Assembly: GCA_004764695.1 (NCBI GenBank)
Contig: SMSO01000032.1
Coordinates: forward strand, 1,178,001 to 1,242,000
DNA length: 64,000 nt
From: Schizochytrium sp. TIO01
Lineage: Eukaryota > Protista > Bigyra: Labyrinthulomycetes
Reading direction: 5' to 3'
Shown here: positions 21,540 to 34,490 of the stretch, one piece after another
Layout: the number at the start of each line of letters is the position of its first letter
Numbering within the stretch: position 1 is the stretch's first letter
Made by a program: the position numbers and the translations under genes
Notes under the pieces: generated by a model
Database searches by the model: none
What the model was told of the DNA's origin: nothing
What the model saw: only the letters and a program-made list of their open reading frames with translations

Positions 21540-22620
21540 CCTTCCATGATTCTTGGTTGCCTATCTCACAGCATACCATATCAATCAATTTTATGTAGTT
21601 TTGGTGTTGCAAGGAAGAAAACAAACCCTAGCATATTCTGTTCAGAAGTCAACACATAGAAATGACGCATGCTGATGTTGAAGCTTCCGGGATGTGTTTT
21701 ATGATTTTCATGGATGCGATTAGGTATGTATTGAAGTAATATACTGCTACTGCCTAACCTCATCTAACCTAATCTAACCTAGCTCTCCTGTCCGACTACC
21801 TCATGTGTATTGGACTGTCATTATACATTCATCCTGCCTGTATCCAGACCCGAAACCCTAATAAATCATATATCATCCTCTTTCTCTTTCCCCTGAGTTC
21901 GCCATTCTCTGTCAGACTACCTCTGCACGCTTCACAGCACAAGCGACCCTGTAATCGTATGCAAGACAATTCTGCTATATGAGTTTGATCTTCACATCTA
22001 TAAGGTATGTGTCAGTGTGCGCACTTGTTTTGGTGTTAGGGTCTGGCCTCCGTAGCTTGTGTTTAAACATCTAACTTGGCTCATCGTACAACACCGTGGC
22101 CCATCGTACAACACCGTGGCCCATCGTACAACACCGTGGCCCCAGAAATTGTTGTGAGTGGTTGGTGCTGTTACACAATGTGACGTTCTAAGAATCTTTA
22201 GATGAGATTTTCATATTTGCAAGCTATAAATGACTGCTGGAAGGTGATACTGATTAGCTTGAGGTCGACTGTGAAGATGAAGGTAGAGGGCTTGATGAAG
22301 GCTTTAAGAAGGTTGATTTATGGGTTAGCGAACTGCTGTCCTGGAGAATGGATTCCAGGGCAGATGGATTCATGTAGTAATTAGGGAGATTAAGACATTC
22401 TTGAAAGTAGTTAGAGATAATCGGTGGGTTAGGTTAATTCAACTTTTCCAACCATCGATTCGAGTTACACCATGCTTGGATATAGGTAATGTTTATTCAC
22501 ACTTCAAGTTCTTGGCTCTGACAGACGCATGGGTCTGGCTGCCTATTCTTGCTCTATTGTAAATCTTATGTCTAATGGGGCTTTACAAAGGGATACCAAG
22601 AACTCTAGGAATGTCTTGTC
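21540..22620 (-). mobile_element. Highly decayed non-LTR (L1/Tx1-like) retrotransposon ORF2 remnant
   Basis: Minus-strand peptides in the expected order: RVLGIPL (22606-22586), RIDGWKS (22462-22442, same frame), FKNVLIS, frameshifted LPNYYM, and LIWYAV..KNH (~21590-21545); many stops. Confidence 0.42.
22082..22141. repeat. Perfect tandem repeat, 3 x 20 bp (CATCGTACAACACCGTGGCC)
   Basis: Direct reading. Confidence 0.97.
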
Positions 22621-24938
22621 CATTAGTTCCTTCAATTGGAGATCTCAGCAATGACACGCGATGATCTCATTTAGCATTCTCAACATGATTGGTGCTTGTT
22701 GTATTTTCATCTAAAATAATGTCATTCGCTTACTTGTATTGGTGGATCTGACGAAGCAAAACAGAAGTAAAAAGGTATTTTCTGCAAGCGAAGCAAATAA
22801 ACACACAACCACTCCTCCGCTCTTTCTTCTATAAGAACTGCTTTTTCTTCAACCCAAAGCGGTGTGCCAAAATCAACTCATTTACGACTATCAGGGCATC
22901 GCAGTGCTAGTCTGACACAAGCACTGAGCAATGGTGTCAACTCGTATAATGATCATTGGTGCGCGGCCTGATAGTAACGATTATTTTAACGCAGCGTTGT
23001 CCAGGTTATAGAGATATTTCATAATACCTAGAGCTTCTCGCGTTGGCTGGCATTGTGAAGGGAGACTTTGCTTGATACCATGGGCCCGGAACTCTTCTCA
23101 AGTTCCCTTTGCGCTAACATTATACATAACCTTGTTCACCTTGGAAACGCTAATAAGACAAACGGCCTCAGGAGGTCAGTATAGATTATTAGAATCAGAC
23201 GTTGCAAGGCACCGTCGACACAGAAAACAAAAATAGAAAATGCATATTAAATAATTGATTGTGATTTGTGAACTATAAGCTTACATATGTAATTCTGACA
23301 CATTTTTATTTTCAGCCTTCCATAGTTCGACTTGAAAAGATATGATCTTTGCATACTCACAGATGTTGCAACAAAAGTTCTCAAAGCGAGCTACTGTCCA
23401 GGAGCTTAGCTCTTGAATGCGCTGATCTTCCTCGGCTTTTCCAAAGCAAAGCTGCATATTTTGCGATATATGTTCGCTCTGCCCATCATGGTTGTCCGCA
23501 ATCCCTAACACGTCATTTGGGGCAGGATGAAGTTCTGCACCTCTTCCAGATGCTCAAAAGCAGCTGCAGGCAGAAAAAAGGAAGGGAAAAAAAGGCAAAA
23601 AAGATGTCACAAGACCCAGATAGAGACGTCATTGCTCTTCCCGCGTGCTTACGCGCCGGCGAGGGTCCAAGTACAGACAGGGCTCCCTCGTCAGCTCGCT
23701 GCTCTCCTTCCTCGCGCCCAGGATCATTCTCGCATCTTCGCGTAGGCTGCCGACCTCGACGCTAACCTCTCTTAGCGCTTAGTTTGCGCCGCCGCGCTGC
23801 GCTGCATGTCTTTCAACGCGCGTGTAGCTTATGGGCTTTCTGCTGCGTGGACTGCAGCGCCACTGTGGACTTCGCGGTATCGGCGCGAGCAGGCGCGCTT
23901 TCTTCTGCTGCTCGAACTGTGGTTCTCATCGCCACATCCCTTCCGCCCGCCTCACCTCGCGCTGTGGGCCCCGGCGCCGCGACGAAGTAAGCAGAGGCCG
24001 CCCGCCTCTGCCTCCTCTGCCTCCTCTGCGGCCTCGCGTTCGTTGGCTCGCGCTCGGCTTCGAGGCGTGAGCGGAACTATTATCTGTATGCATAACCTAC
24101 CTCTCGGCAGGGCGGGAGGGAGCCTCAGACGGCGCACATCCATCGTTCATTCTTTCGCGCACGATCGTCTCTCGTTGCAGCCCGAACCGGCGCCGCCGTT
24201 CTTGCGGGAGGCTTCGCCCGCAAAGCAGCCGCGCTTTGCGATTCCCCCTTCTCCTTTCGCGTGTGCTTCGCGGTGCCCTCTGCACTGACCTGGGACCACA
24301 GCGGCGCTAACTGTTCATCACTCAATCGATAACTCACTCAACCGTTCAATCGATTGAGTGATTGCTCTCTCAATGCCTCAATCGTCCTCTCGAATCAATC
24401 AATCAATCGCCTCAACTATCAGATACGGCGCTTCGCTCACGCCGCGGCGTGCTCCGCTGCATCAGTCTCTCTGTCTCTCTGTCTCTCTGTCTCTGTCTGT
24501 GTCGGTGCAGCGGCGATCGCGCGTGTCCTGGAGTTATGGGGGTCGCCACGCGCGCCACGGAGAGGGCGGAGGGGTTATCGTACACATTGAACGAATAACT
24601 AACCTCGATCCATCAGCATTGACTGCAGATTCGTCGTCGTTCTGGGTGCCAGCAAGTGAAGGTAGTACTTCTTACTATGCACTAACTAGTTCCTGCTTAA
24701 AACCAACAACAACAATATTATTATTAAAAAAAATAATAAAAAAATAAAAAAAAAGAGAGAAAGGAAAGAAGAAACACGAATCAAGAACAACTTAAATCGC
24801 CTCTGCGGCTCTTGCCGCCTACCGCGTAGCAGCGGACTGGTAGAAGGCTGTGGGCGAAGTAAATAGCAGAAACAGGGTCGGTTGGGTTTTTTTGGTTTGG
24901 ATATATGTATATATGTAGCAATGGGAAAATAGATAGCG

Positions 24939-25252
24939 ACAGGTTTGGCGAAAGGGGGTCTCTCATCTCGCGCCCTAAGGACTACCTAGGCAACTTGTAG
25001 TAGGGGGCACGAAATTACTTTGAGTGAACGGAGACATGACTCCTCGTCGAGGACCATTTCCCCCCCTCAGTGCTCCACTGCGACTGAGAGCCGCCCTCTC
25101 AGCCCCTCTGGGGGGAAATTGATTCTGCGCTCACCCTCACAGGATGAGAAGCTCGAGCGCAGAGACCCCCCCTGTACTCGGGCATCTCGTGCCAGTGGAG
25201 ACATTCCGAATCACCCCTCTGCAGCACACTGCAGAAAATCACCCCCGCTTTC
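24939..25252. other. Dense inverted-repeat / candidate structured RNA element
   Basis: At least six 7-10 bp complementary segment pairs within ~300 nt (see findings). Confidence 0.35.
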
Positions 25253-26504
25253 ACTTCTTGTTATTTATTACCATGTAAACATTTTTATTTCTGTATTTTT
25301 GTTTTCGTTTTTTTGCCAAAAGAGAAGAATGCCTTTTCCGTTGATCTTGAAGTGAACCTTTTCTCTCGCTTTCTCCTCGCTCTTCGCATCCTTTGTGTAT
25401 GGGATCCTTTGGGTGAGCGCGTGAGTGTCTGTGAATAAGGTACCTCTGCCTCGCTACTGATTACAGTAGGGGCCTCCTGAAGATTGAAATTTCCAATCAA
25501 TCAACGTGCGGCCGAAGTTTGGTTTCTTTCTCTTTGCTGGATTTTCCCTTCTCACCATATTGCTTCTTAATTTCCCCATTTCTGTTCATTCCTTTAACAG
25601 AAAGAAAACATGAAAAGTAAAAGTTAAATCATAACAAATTATTGAAGATGATCTAGCTTCGCTGGAATCGAAAACTCTGCTCAACAAACCCATTAGCAGG
25701 CTCTATATTCGCTTCGCCGCTTATTGCGCGCTCTGCGGCTTTGCTCCAGGTCTCGCGAGCCTTCGGCCTGCCCCAGCTTCAGCACTTCTCTCGGCACTGG
25801 ACACGGCTTCAGAGGTGCCGCGGCGTGGGCTTGTGGGTCATCATTCATACATTCATTCCTTCGTTCGTTCGCTCTTTCAACCTCAAGCACGCCTTCTGAA
25901 AGAAGGGCCTTCTGTTTCGAGACTCCGGGGCCCTTCCCTCTGACCGAAGCCTGCTGTTTCGAGGGTCCTAGCTTCCGCAGCGCCGCGTCTGCCCTTCAGA
26001 CCAGAGGCGCTCCCCTCCTAATCAAGCTCCGCACGACAGAGGCAGAGAGAGAGAGAGGGGGCTCAATCGACTTTTCAAGCTTAATCAGGGCGCCGCAGAG
26101 ATATAACTCGCAAAACGCACCCCACACAGGCGAACAGCGGGGCCCTGCTTTCTCGCCTCCAGACAGCTGTAGCTAGAAGCCCCGTTGAACAAACCGGTCG
26201 CGGCCATTCTCCGCCTTCGCGCAGAGTAAGCTTCCACGTGCCCAAGCCTCTGGTTGGCTCAACACGAGGCCCGAAAGTCGCTCTGGGAGCCCACCAGGGC
26301 CTGGTGAGACGACATCCGTAGCGCTAAGTTCATCGCTGAGAGACACACCGCGGCGACGTTAGAGCGTGGAACTACAGACAAAGAGCGAGACGGGGAGAAA
26401 GAGAGAAACTGAAAGAATCAGCGCAAGCAACAAATTGAGTTGATTTCTGATTGAGCGTTAGGTCCGTGAGGAGCAAGGCAGTCACCCATTTGGGGGCTGA
26501 GGTG

Positions 26505-26585
26505 ATGATGGGCCAGATTGGCGCAGGAGATGCGCGGCTAATGCAGCTAGCGAGCATCCTGCAGAACAACGCGCAGCAGCAACAA

Positions 26586-26616
<31 letters not shown>

Positions 26617-29019
26617 CTCAGCAGCAGCAGCAACAACAGCAATGCTCGCAGCAGACATCGTTTGCGCCAGACAGGTAAGTGATCTTGACGTTGAGTTGAA
26701 TCGAAAGTGATGGCTTGAATTTCCCGCCACTTATATCCAGCTTCAAGTAGGATAAGAGAAAGTTTGAAGCATTTCAAAAGGTACCGGAGAAGAAGGGTGG
26801 CTTGGTGTATATTGCAGTTGAGACTGACGAGAGGTTTATTCCATTGAACTTGCATGTGGTCGAATGGTCATCTTTTCTGTGCATTTGCTTGCAAAACTGT
26901 GCTTTGCTTTACTAATATATGCTATTGGACTTTGTCCAAGGACTTGTTTGTTTTTCTTTTCGTTGTGATGAATTAATGTTTGGTTTGAATCATTTCCTGT
27001 GTCCTTTCACGGCTTGCTCGTGTTGGCTCTTGTGTCCATTGTTTTAATGCTCAGGAATTCTAGAAATGTAAACACTGGTGGAAATGGGAGCGCGTTGCTT
27101 CAACTGCCTGGGCAGAACATGAATGCACTAACCAATTTTCTAAGCAACTACAACTCTGCTCAAGCGGGCCAAGCTCCAGTTCCGGTTGCCAGTATTCCTG
27201 TGGATCGCAGCTCAAGTACGGGTACTGCCAGCGGAAGTGGAAACGCCCCTACTGCCGGAGGCAATAGCTCTAATAATATCAACAGCAGCAAGGGCGCCGC
27301 CAACACCGCCAACAGCAACAGTAGCAAGGTCAGCAATGACAACAATGTAAGTTCTGAAAATAAGACTTTTTTAAAATGAAAGCGTCGGTAGCCAATTACA
27401 TCGCCACAGCGTGAGCAACAAATTTAAGATTTTCAATCTAACAATGATGAGGTCTATGGACATTTCCTATTTATGCATATACACTCTGCCGGATCAAAAT
27501 ACAGCAACAGCAACAGCAAAACAACTCTTTCCCATTTGGATTGCAAAATATGATACTTCAACAGGCAAGTAACAGTAACAACAACAACCAGCAACAACAA
27601 ATAGGAAGCAACGTTTATTCTGTTGCACCGCTCCCTTTTATGCAAATGCAAAACCTCATGGGAGGTGGCAACTCCAATTTAGCTCCATTTTTTCAACAAA
27701 ACCGCCTACAGTCAGACCAGCAGCAGAATCAACCTCAGCAGCAACAGATGATCTCAATGCTGAACCAACAACCATTTTTGATGCAACAGAAATCATCAAA
27801 CGGAATTCCTCAGAGTCAGTTTCGAGGAGTTAGCTGGGACCGTAGCGTGAACACCTGGCGCTGCAAAGTGAACTCCGTACATGTAGGCTACTTTGATAGC
27901 GAACTTGAAGCTGCTCGAGCGTATGACGAAGCTACGCTTTCACTGCACCAGCCGGGTTGTGGCATGCAACTTCGTCTGAACTTTCCCCTTAGTGACTATA
28001 AGGACAAACCCCCTGGCACCTTTAAGTATACAACTAAACGAGATGGAAAGTCGCGAGGTACATCTCAATACCGCGGTGTTTTATGGGATAAGGCTAGTCG
28101 CTCCTGGCGAGCCAAAATTAAGCACAAAGGACATACTAAATACCTCGGTCTCTTCCGTGATGAAGCTGCTGCGGCACGTGCTTATGATAAAGCCGCCTAC
28201 GATCTGCGTGGATCGGCCGCTAAGCTAAATTTCCCTCATATCAAGTCTGAGGAAGACGACGAGGACGATGATGAAGGAGAAAAAGACGAGGACAAAAATT
28301 CCAAGACACGAACCGCTGGCCGACTTACAAGGAGCTCTTTGAGGCAGATGTCTAAAGGGGGCACCTCCAAAAAGGGGGACGAAGAGGCATCCCGGTCGTC
28401 ACAAGGTCATGCTAATTCCTTAAATCGGGGACAAAAACGCTCATCTGAACCTTTTGATGAGGTAGCGCAAAAATATGCTCGGATTACGCAGCGTCAGGCC
28501 CAGAGACGTGAAGTATATCATAAAAACCGCAGCAAATTACAGGTGTTCCACCAGTCACTATCGGGTGAACCATCTGAGAAAGAGCAAAAGGATAACCCTG
28601 ACTCTAAGGAAGGCTTGATTCACTTGGATGCCCTTAAGATCATGATTGTGAATGCAATGGAAGCATCTGTCTCAAGCAAGGCAGCTAAAGAAAAGAATAA
28701 CCACAAAGGAAGCTCGCGTGGCCGCTTGTCTTCTCAGGGCAGCAGCAGCAGCAGCAGCAGCAGCAGCGGTAACAGTGGAGGCAATGGTGGTTCTGAAGAT
28801 GATGGAGAGATGGAGCTTTCTATCCTGAAAAAGATCGCAGCTGCAAAGCAGGGACATATTTCTGTGCGCTTCTCAGACTTTTTGCAGGCCGTGCAAGGCC
28901 AAGTCGAACGTGAAATCCTTTCATTTTTGACCGAAAACAAAATCACTTTCAAGGGGCAGCAAAAGCCTCCACAAAACTCTCCCTCCCCGCCATATTCTCC
29001 CTCTCCAGAAAGCGATTAA
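26505..29019 (+). CDS. Double-AP2-domain transcription factor, Q/N-rich N-terminus; exons 26505-26674, 27055-27346, 27505-29019 (658 aa)
   Basis: AP2 repeats SQFRGVSWD...GYFDSELEAARAYD...LNFP and SQYRGVLWD...YLGLFRDEAAAARAYDKAA...LNFP. GTAAGT donors at 26675 and 27347 with CAG acceptors ending 27054 and 27504 join three ORF pieces in frame (170+292+1515 = 1977 nt). Confidence 0.88.
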
Positions 29020-30045
29020 GTTTTGAGGGGTTAGCATTTGAAATACAAAACTTCTATCTCACCTGTTCGTTGGTTTTTGCGGATATGCAATGGGCACATA
29101 TCATTCTGCGGGCAGAACCATCATTTTCTTGTTTTCTATATAGATTGGCTTTCTTTATCCTTTTACTGTCGTTTCTCGCTTCTTATCTAATCACTGAAGC
29201 TTCAGTTCTCATGTTATTCAATTCGCACGAATATGCACCATGTAGCAGGAAGTTTTAAATTTTGGTCCGTCACTATGCCAAAAGCAGCATGCCATTCTTG
29301 CCTGGCAAAGAAGGCACGCCGAATATTACACGTACGCTCAACGCGATACACGTTTAGCTTTGCGGATACATAGATGCATCAGTTGGTCAAGATTTAATGA
29401 TTATTAAATAATAAGCAGACAATCAAGTATATTCTCTTTTCTTAGCTTTCCAATTATATTATGATCATGAAGTTGGTGCATGTTGAAACAGAAGAGGCCA
29501 ATCTTGAGAGATTTACTTTAGAAAAAACCACTTCGTTTGTCCAGCATACTCATGGGAGTGCAACAAAGACTATATCCATGCAGCCGGGCACTCTAAGCTC
29601 GTATCTGGGGTACACAACCGACCTACCCGGAAGTAATCTTTGATCTCTCACTTGAATTTGGCTTAAAGATATGACCCCTTACATTAAGTGGAAAAAATAA
29701 AGTGTGTACGAGAAATTGTTTCAAAGGGAGTTTTTTACTTTCTATCAAATCATTGTACTCTCGGGAGATACTTGAAGCAGCAGTTGTGGATGCTATTAAT
29801 GAAAATTGTGTGAACACAATTTTGGTCAGTGCAGACTCCGTGTTGTACTTTGAAAATGCAATTACAGCAGCAGGCATATCTCAAACCTACTGAAGTTGTT
29901 GCCTTTATTGAATTTGTTGTTGCTGTCAGTATTAATGTCGTAATTGGAGTCGCAACTGTTGTCGTGTAGAAGGAATCGGACTGTGAAGTTCGAAAAACAT
30001 ATAAAGGGATTGGTCTGCATTTCTGCAAACAGCTCAACACTCCTC

Positions 30046-31188
<1,143 letters not shown>

Positions 31189-33724
31189 CTAGTAGAAAGA
31201 ATCCAATCCGCCCAAGCCAAGCAAGCTAAGCTAGTTGACAACTCAGCGAACTCCCGAGCACGAGCGAAGGCCCAAACTCGTTACCTTCTCCACCTCAGCA
31301 GAGTCCGTCTCTGCCAATCAGAAGTATGCTGTTCGCAGTCTCCAACCCAAGACCAGAATGGCCTCAAGCACTACCTAGGCTCCCTTCACTCACTGGCCAG
31401 TCCTGCCCCCTTGTTTGGCTGGTTGCACGCCTCTCGAGCACCACCCATGCTACTCACATAATAGAACACGCAGGAACCAGGGACTAAGAGCAGGAGTCTC
31501 GAAAGTTCTATAGGGGTGGGATAGAATATTACGGATGAAAGAGGAAATCATGGAAGAATGAAAAGGGTTGTGCAAAGAAGTAAGGCTCGCTGGCGGGCGA
31601 GTGGGTTGTAATGGAGAAGAAGAATGCAGTGCAGTGCAGTGAGAAAAGGGCAAGGAGAAAATGGTGTTGATGAACAGGAGGAAATGGCTTTGCTGAGGCT
31701 GTGCATCAACAAAGTATGAACGAAAGTTTCCGATTTGCTAATGGACCATCTTAGAGACACAGCGGAATGAGGCTTCTTTCTGAAGTTGGCAAACGTGACA
31801 TTATTGCGAGTAGACGGTTGCCCTTCCAAGCATGCAATGTTAAAGGCAACCGTTCTTGTTGTCGAGCTATGGTGAAAATCTTGAAAGGCATGTAGTAGTT
31901 TTATAGGTTTTCGATTCTGTATTCATTGAAAGGCGTTTATTCAAATAGCATAGATTTGGGTATTTGTAAGTTCTCTAATACTATATCTGTCAAGTCTACG
32001 TTCCAGTTGGTCAAACTTTACAGTAGGCTCCCATGAGGATGTCCTGACTTCAGTTCTTCACCTATGACAGATTAAATCATCTCAAGCTTCCTGAGTTTGC
32101 TCCTAAGTATTTGGGACGATAACAATTACATTCAAAGTATTTCTGTCTTGTTTGTTTTCCAATGGTGTATCATATGTCTAGGCCATCTAAAATCTGCGAT
32201 AAGGAAAAGGAAGATACTAATGGCACCTGTTCTTTTGGCCGGGCTGTTTGTATTCTCGTACCGTGTCATTTGTTAGATGTCGAACCTTTCGTATTACATG
32301 AAAACTTAAAACACGATCAAATATACTATTCAAGAGTCGAAGAATCACTTTAAAAGAGTGAACCTTTTTGCTCCAGTGACTGACACCAAGAAAAACGAGA
32401 CGGTTTTTAAAATATCAAAATAACATATATAATTTTTAAAAGTACAGGTGCAGCAGTCAGATTTGAATAAAAGGAAAGGAAAGGAAAGAAAAAGAGATAG
32501 CACTTGGTTTATTCTTCTTTGTTTATATCTTTTTAAATTAAAAAAATTCTCCACATTTGAGTCAATGTTGTAAAGATCTAAGCTCAGCATTCTTCAGCAG
32601 TTGCCGCATTCATTATCTTTTTGACTTAGGAAGAACTTAGCTGCTGATTTTGGTGACGCGACGATGTTTCACGATATTGCTGGAAGATGGAGACTGCACT
32701 TGTTTATAAACAACTTCCTGGGAAGACGCCGAAGCTGGTTTACTATCAAAAGCTGGAACAGTAGAACAGTGCTTAAAAGTCGCTCTCGTCTTCAGTTTTA
32801 CGAATGTTGGACCTTAAACTTTCTAAAGGGAATTTAGAACCACTACGCAGCGAACGAAGGCTATGGACATACACACATGCATCCATGGCTCGAAAGCAGA
32901 GCATCATTTGCGCGTGATTTGCAAACGATGGTAACAAAGAGAGCAGTCGGTGCCGCGTCATTGTACTGATGGGCTTCAGGTTCTTTGCCAATTGAGGTGA
33001 TTCCTGAACTATGTTGTGTTGGACGTCCTCTCGTGAAGGTGAGGAGAACTCATCAGCAGGAGTCAATTTTTATTACTCCCTTCATGCAGAGACGAATGGT
33101 AGTTTCGCTTATTAGCTCTTCTTCTCCCTCGAACGACAGCCTGCATCAAACAAGCAACCTAGCTGCGATTTATCGTGGCTACGCGGGGCTTCTTTTGCTG
33201 GACGCAGCATGTTAGTACCACTTATTTGTCGTTCTTCGGTTATTCCATTCTGTCCGCTGATTCCTTAGTATGTTTCTATAATCAAAGTTCGAAGGTCTCT
33301 CCTTCTGTCTACAAAGAAGCGATGGGATTTCTGCCCAAAGATGGCGTATAAACTTCCATTTTACAGGAAAGATGGAACTTTGCGCGTATGCCGCCAAGAA
33401 AGAAAAAGAAAGAAAGAAAGAAAATTTGTTCTTCTTTTCTTCCGCAAAGAAACAAGGGAGCCTAATGAAGAGGCCATGAAATCAGTGCTCCAGGTCTACA
33501 AAACTTCATTCGGGCAGGCCAGCATATGCCATTCCCTGTCTCTAAAGCTATCCGGTATGCCCTTCTACGGAGCTGTAGATCACCACCGCATTGTCTGCGC
33601 CCCCTCCAAATTTTGGAGGTCGATTCCAAGATTAAGATTAGTTCTCTGCAGAGCCCTTTTGCATGCTTCTTCTTGAAAACAAAAGATTAAAAGCACTTTG
33701 ATACTTTCTCAAGTCAATAACACT

Positions 33725-33768
<44 letters not shown>
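33725..33768. repeat. (AATC)11 microsatellite
   Basis: Direct reading; similar interrupted array at ~9519-9563. Confidence 0.97.
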
Positions 33769-34420
33769 TCAATCCTGCCAAATCCCAATCCTCAACGTTC
33801 GCGGTCGCTGCGATGGATGACGAGGCGGCTTATGTCCGCTGCGCTTCTGCAGCGTCGACGGGGCGCCTTAGGAACAAAGACCTTTTGTGAGAGACAGACA
33901 GACAGACAGACTGATAAAATAAACACATCATAAACACATAATCTCTCTCTGTGTCTCTCTACCAACAAGCAGAGTCTCTGTAGTCACTTTTGGGGTATGC
34001 GTCGCTGCTTTTGGGAGTGAAGAAGCTGTACGTATCTGCATGTAGGTACCTATCTATCTATCTATCCATCCATCTGTGTATTTGTTTCTATCTGTTTACT
34101 CTCGTGCGCGTATTTTGGAGTGATGATAGAGCGAAAGAAATAAATAATTGATGAATGAGTGAATTTATGAGTGCAAGAATGAGTGAAGAATTGACGAATG
34201 ATTGATGAATGAATGGGTGAAGGAGCTTACTTCTGTGTGGATATAGCGCCGTAGTCACAGCTCCATGCTGGCGTTTGCAGCTCGATTTCGTACATCTGCT
34301 GCACTCGTGGCACCACCGCGTGATTTGCATTTTCCGCTCAAGACGGATGGACGGACCTCGAGCGCCATCAATTCACGATTTCACGCGGATGATGGATTGA
34401 TTGATTGCTCGCAGTCTGTG

Positions 34421-34490
34421 ATGTGATGTGATGTGATGCGATGCGATGCGATGCGATGCGATGCGATGCGATGCGATGCGATGCGATGCG
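34421..34490. repeat. Compound pentanucleotide microsatellite (ATGTG)3(ATGCG)11
   Basis: Direct reading. Confidence 0.96.

Noticed and set aside
22082-22141. Possible CRISPR array
   Set aside because: Head-to-tail repeats with no spacers; eukaryotic context; no cas genes.
25084-25102. CTGAGAG as a TPP riboswitch core
   Set aside because: Downstream CCUGAU/UAAU elements not found, and no thiamine gene nearby.
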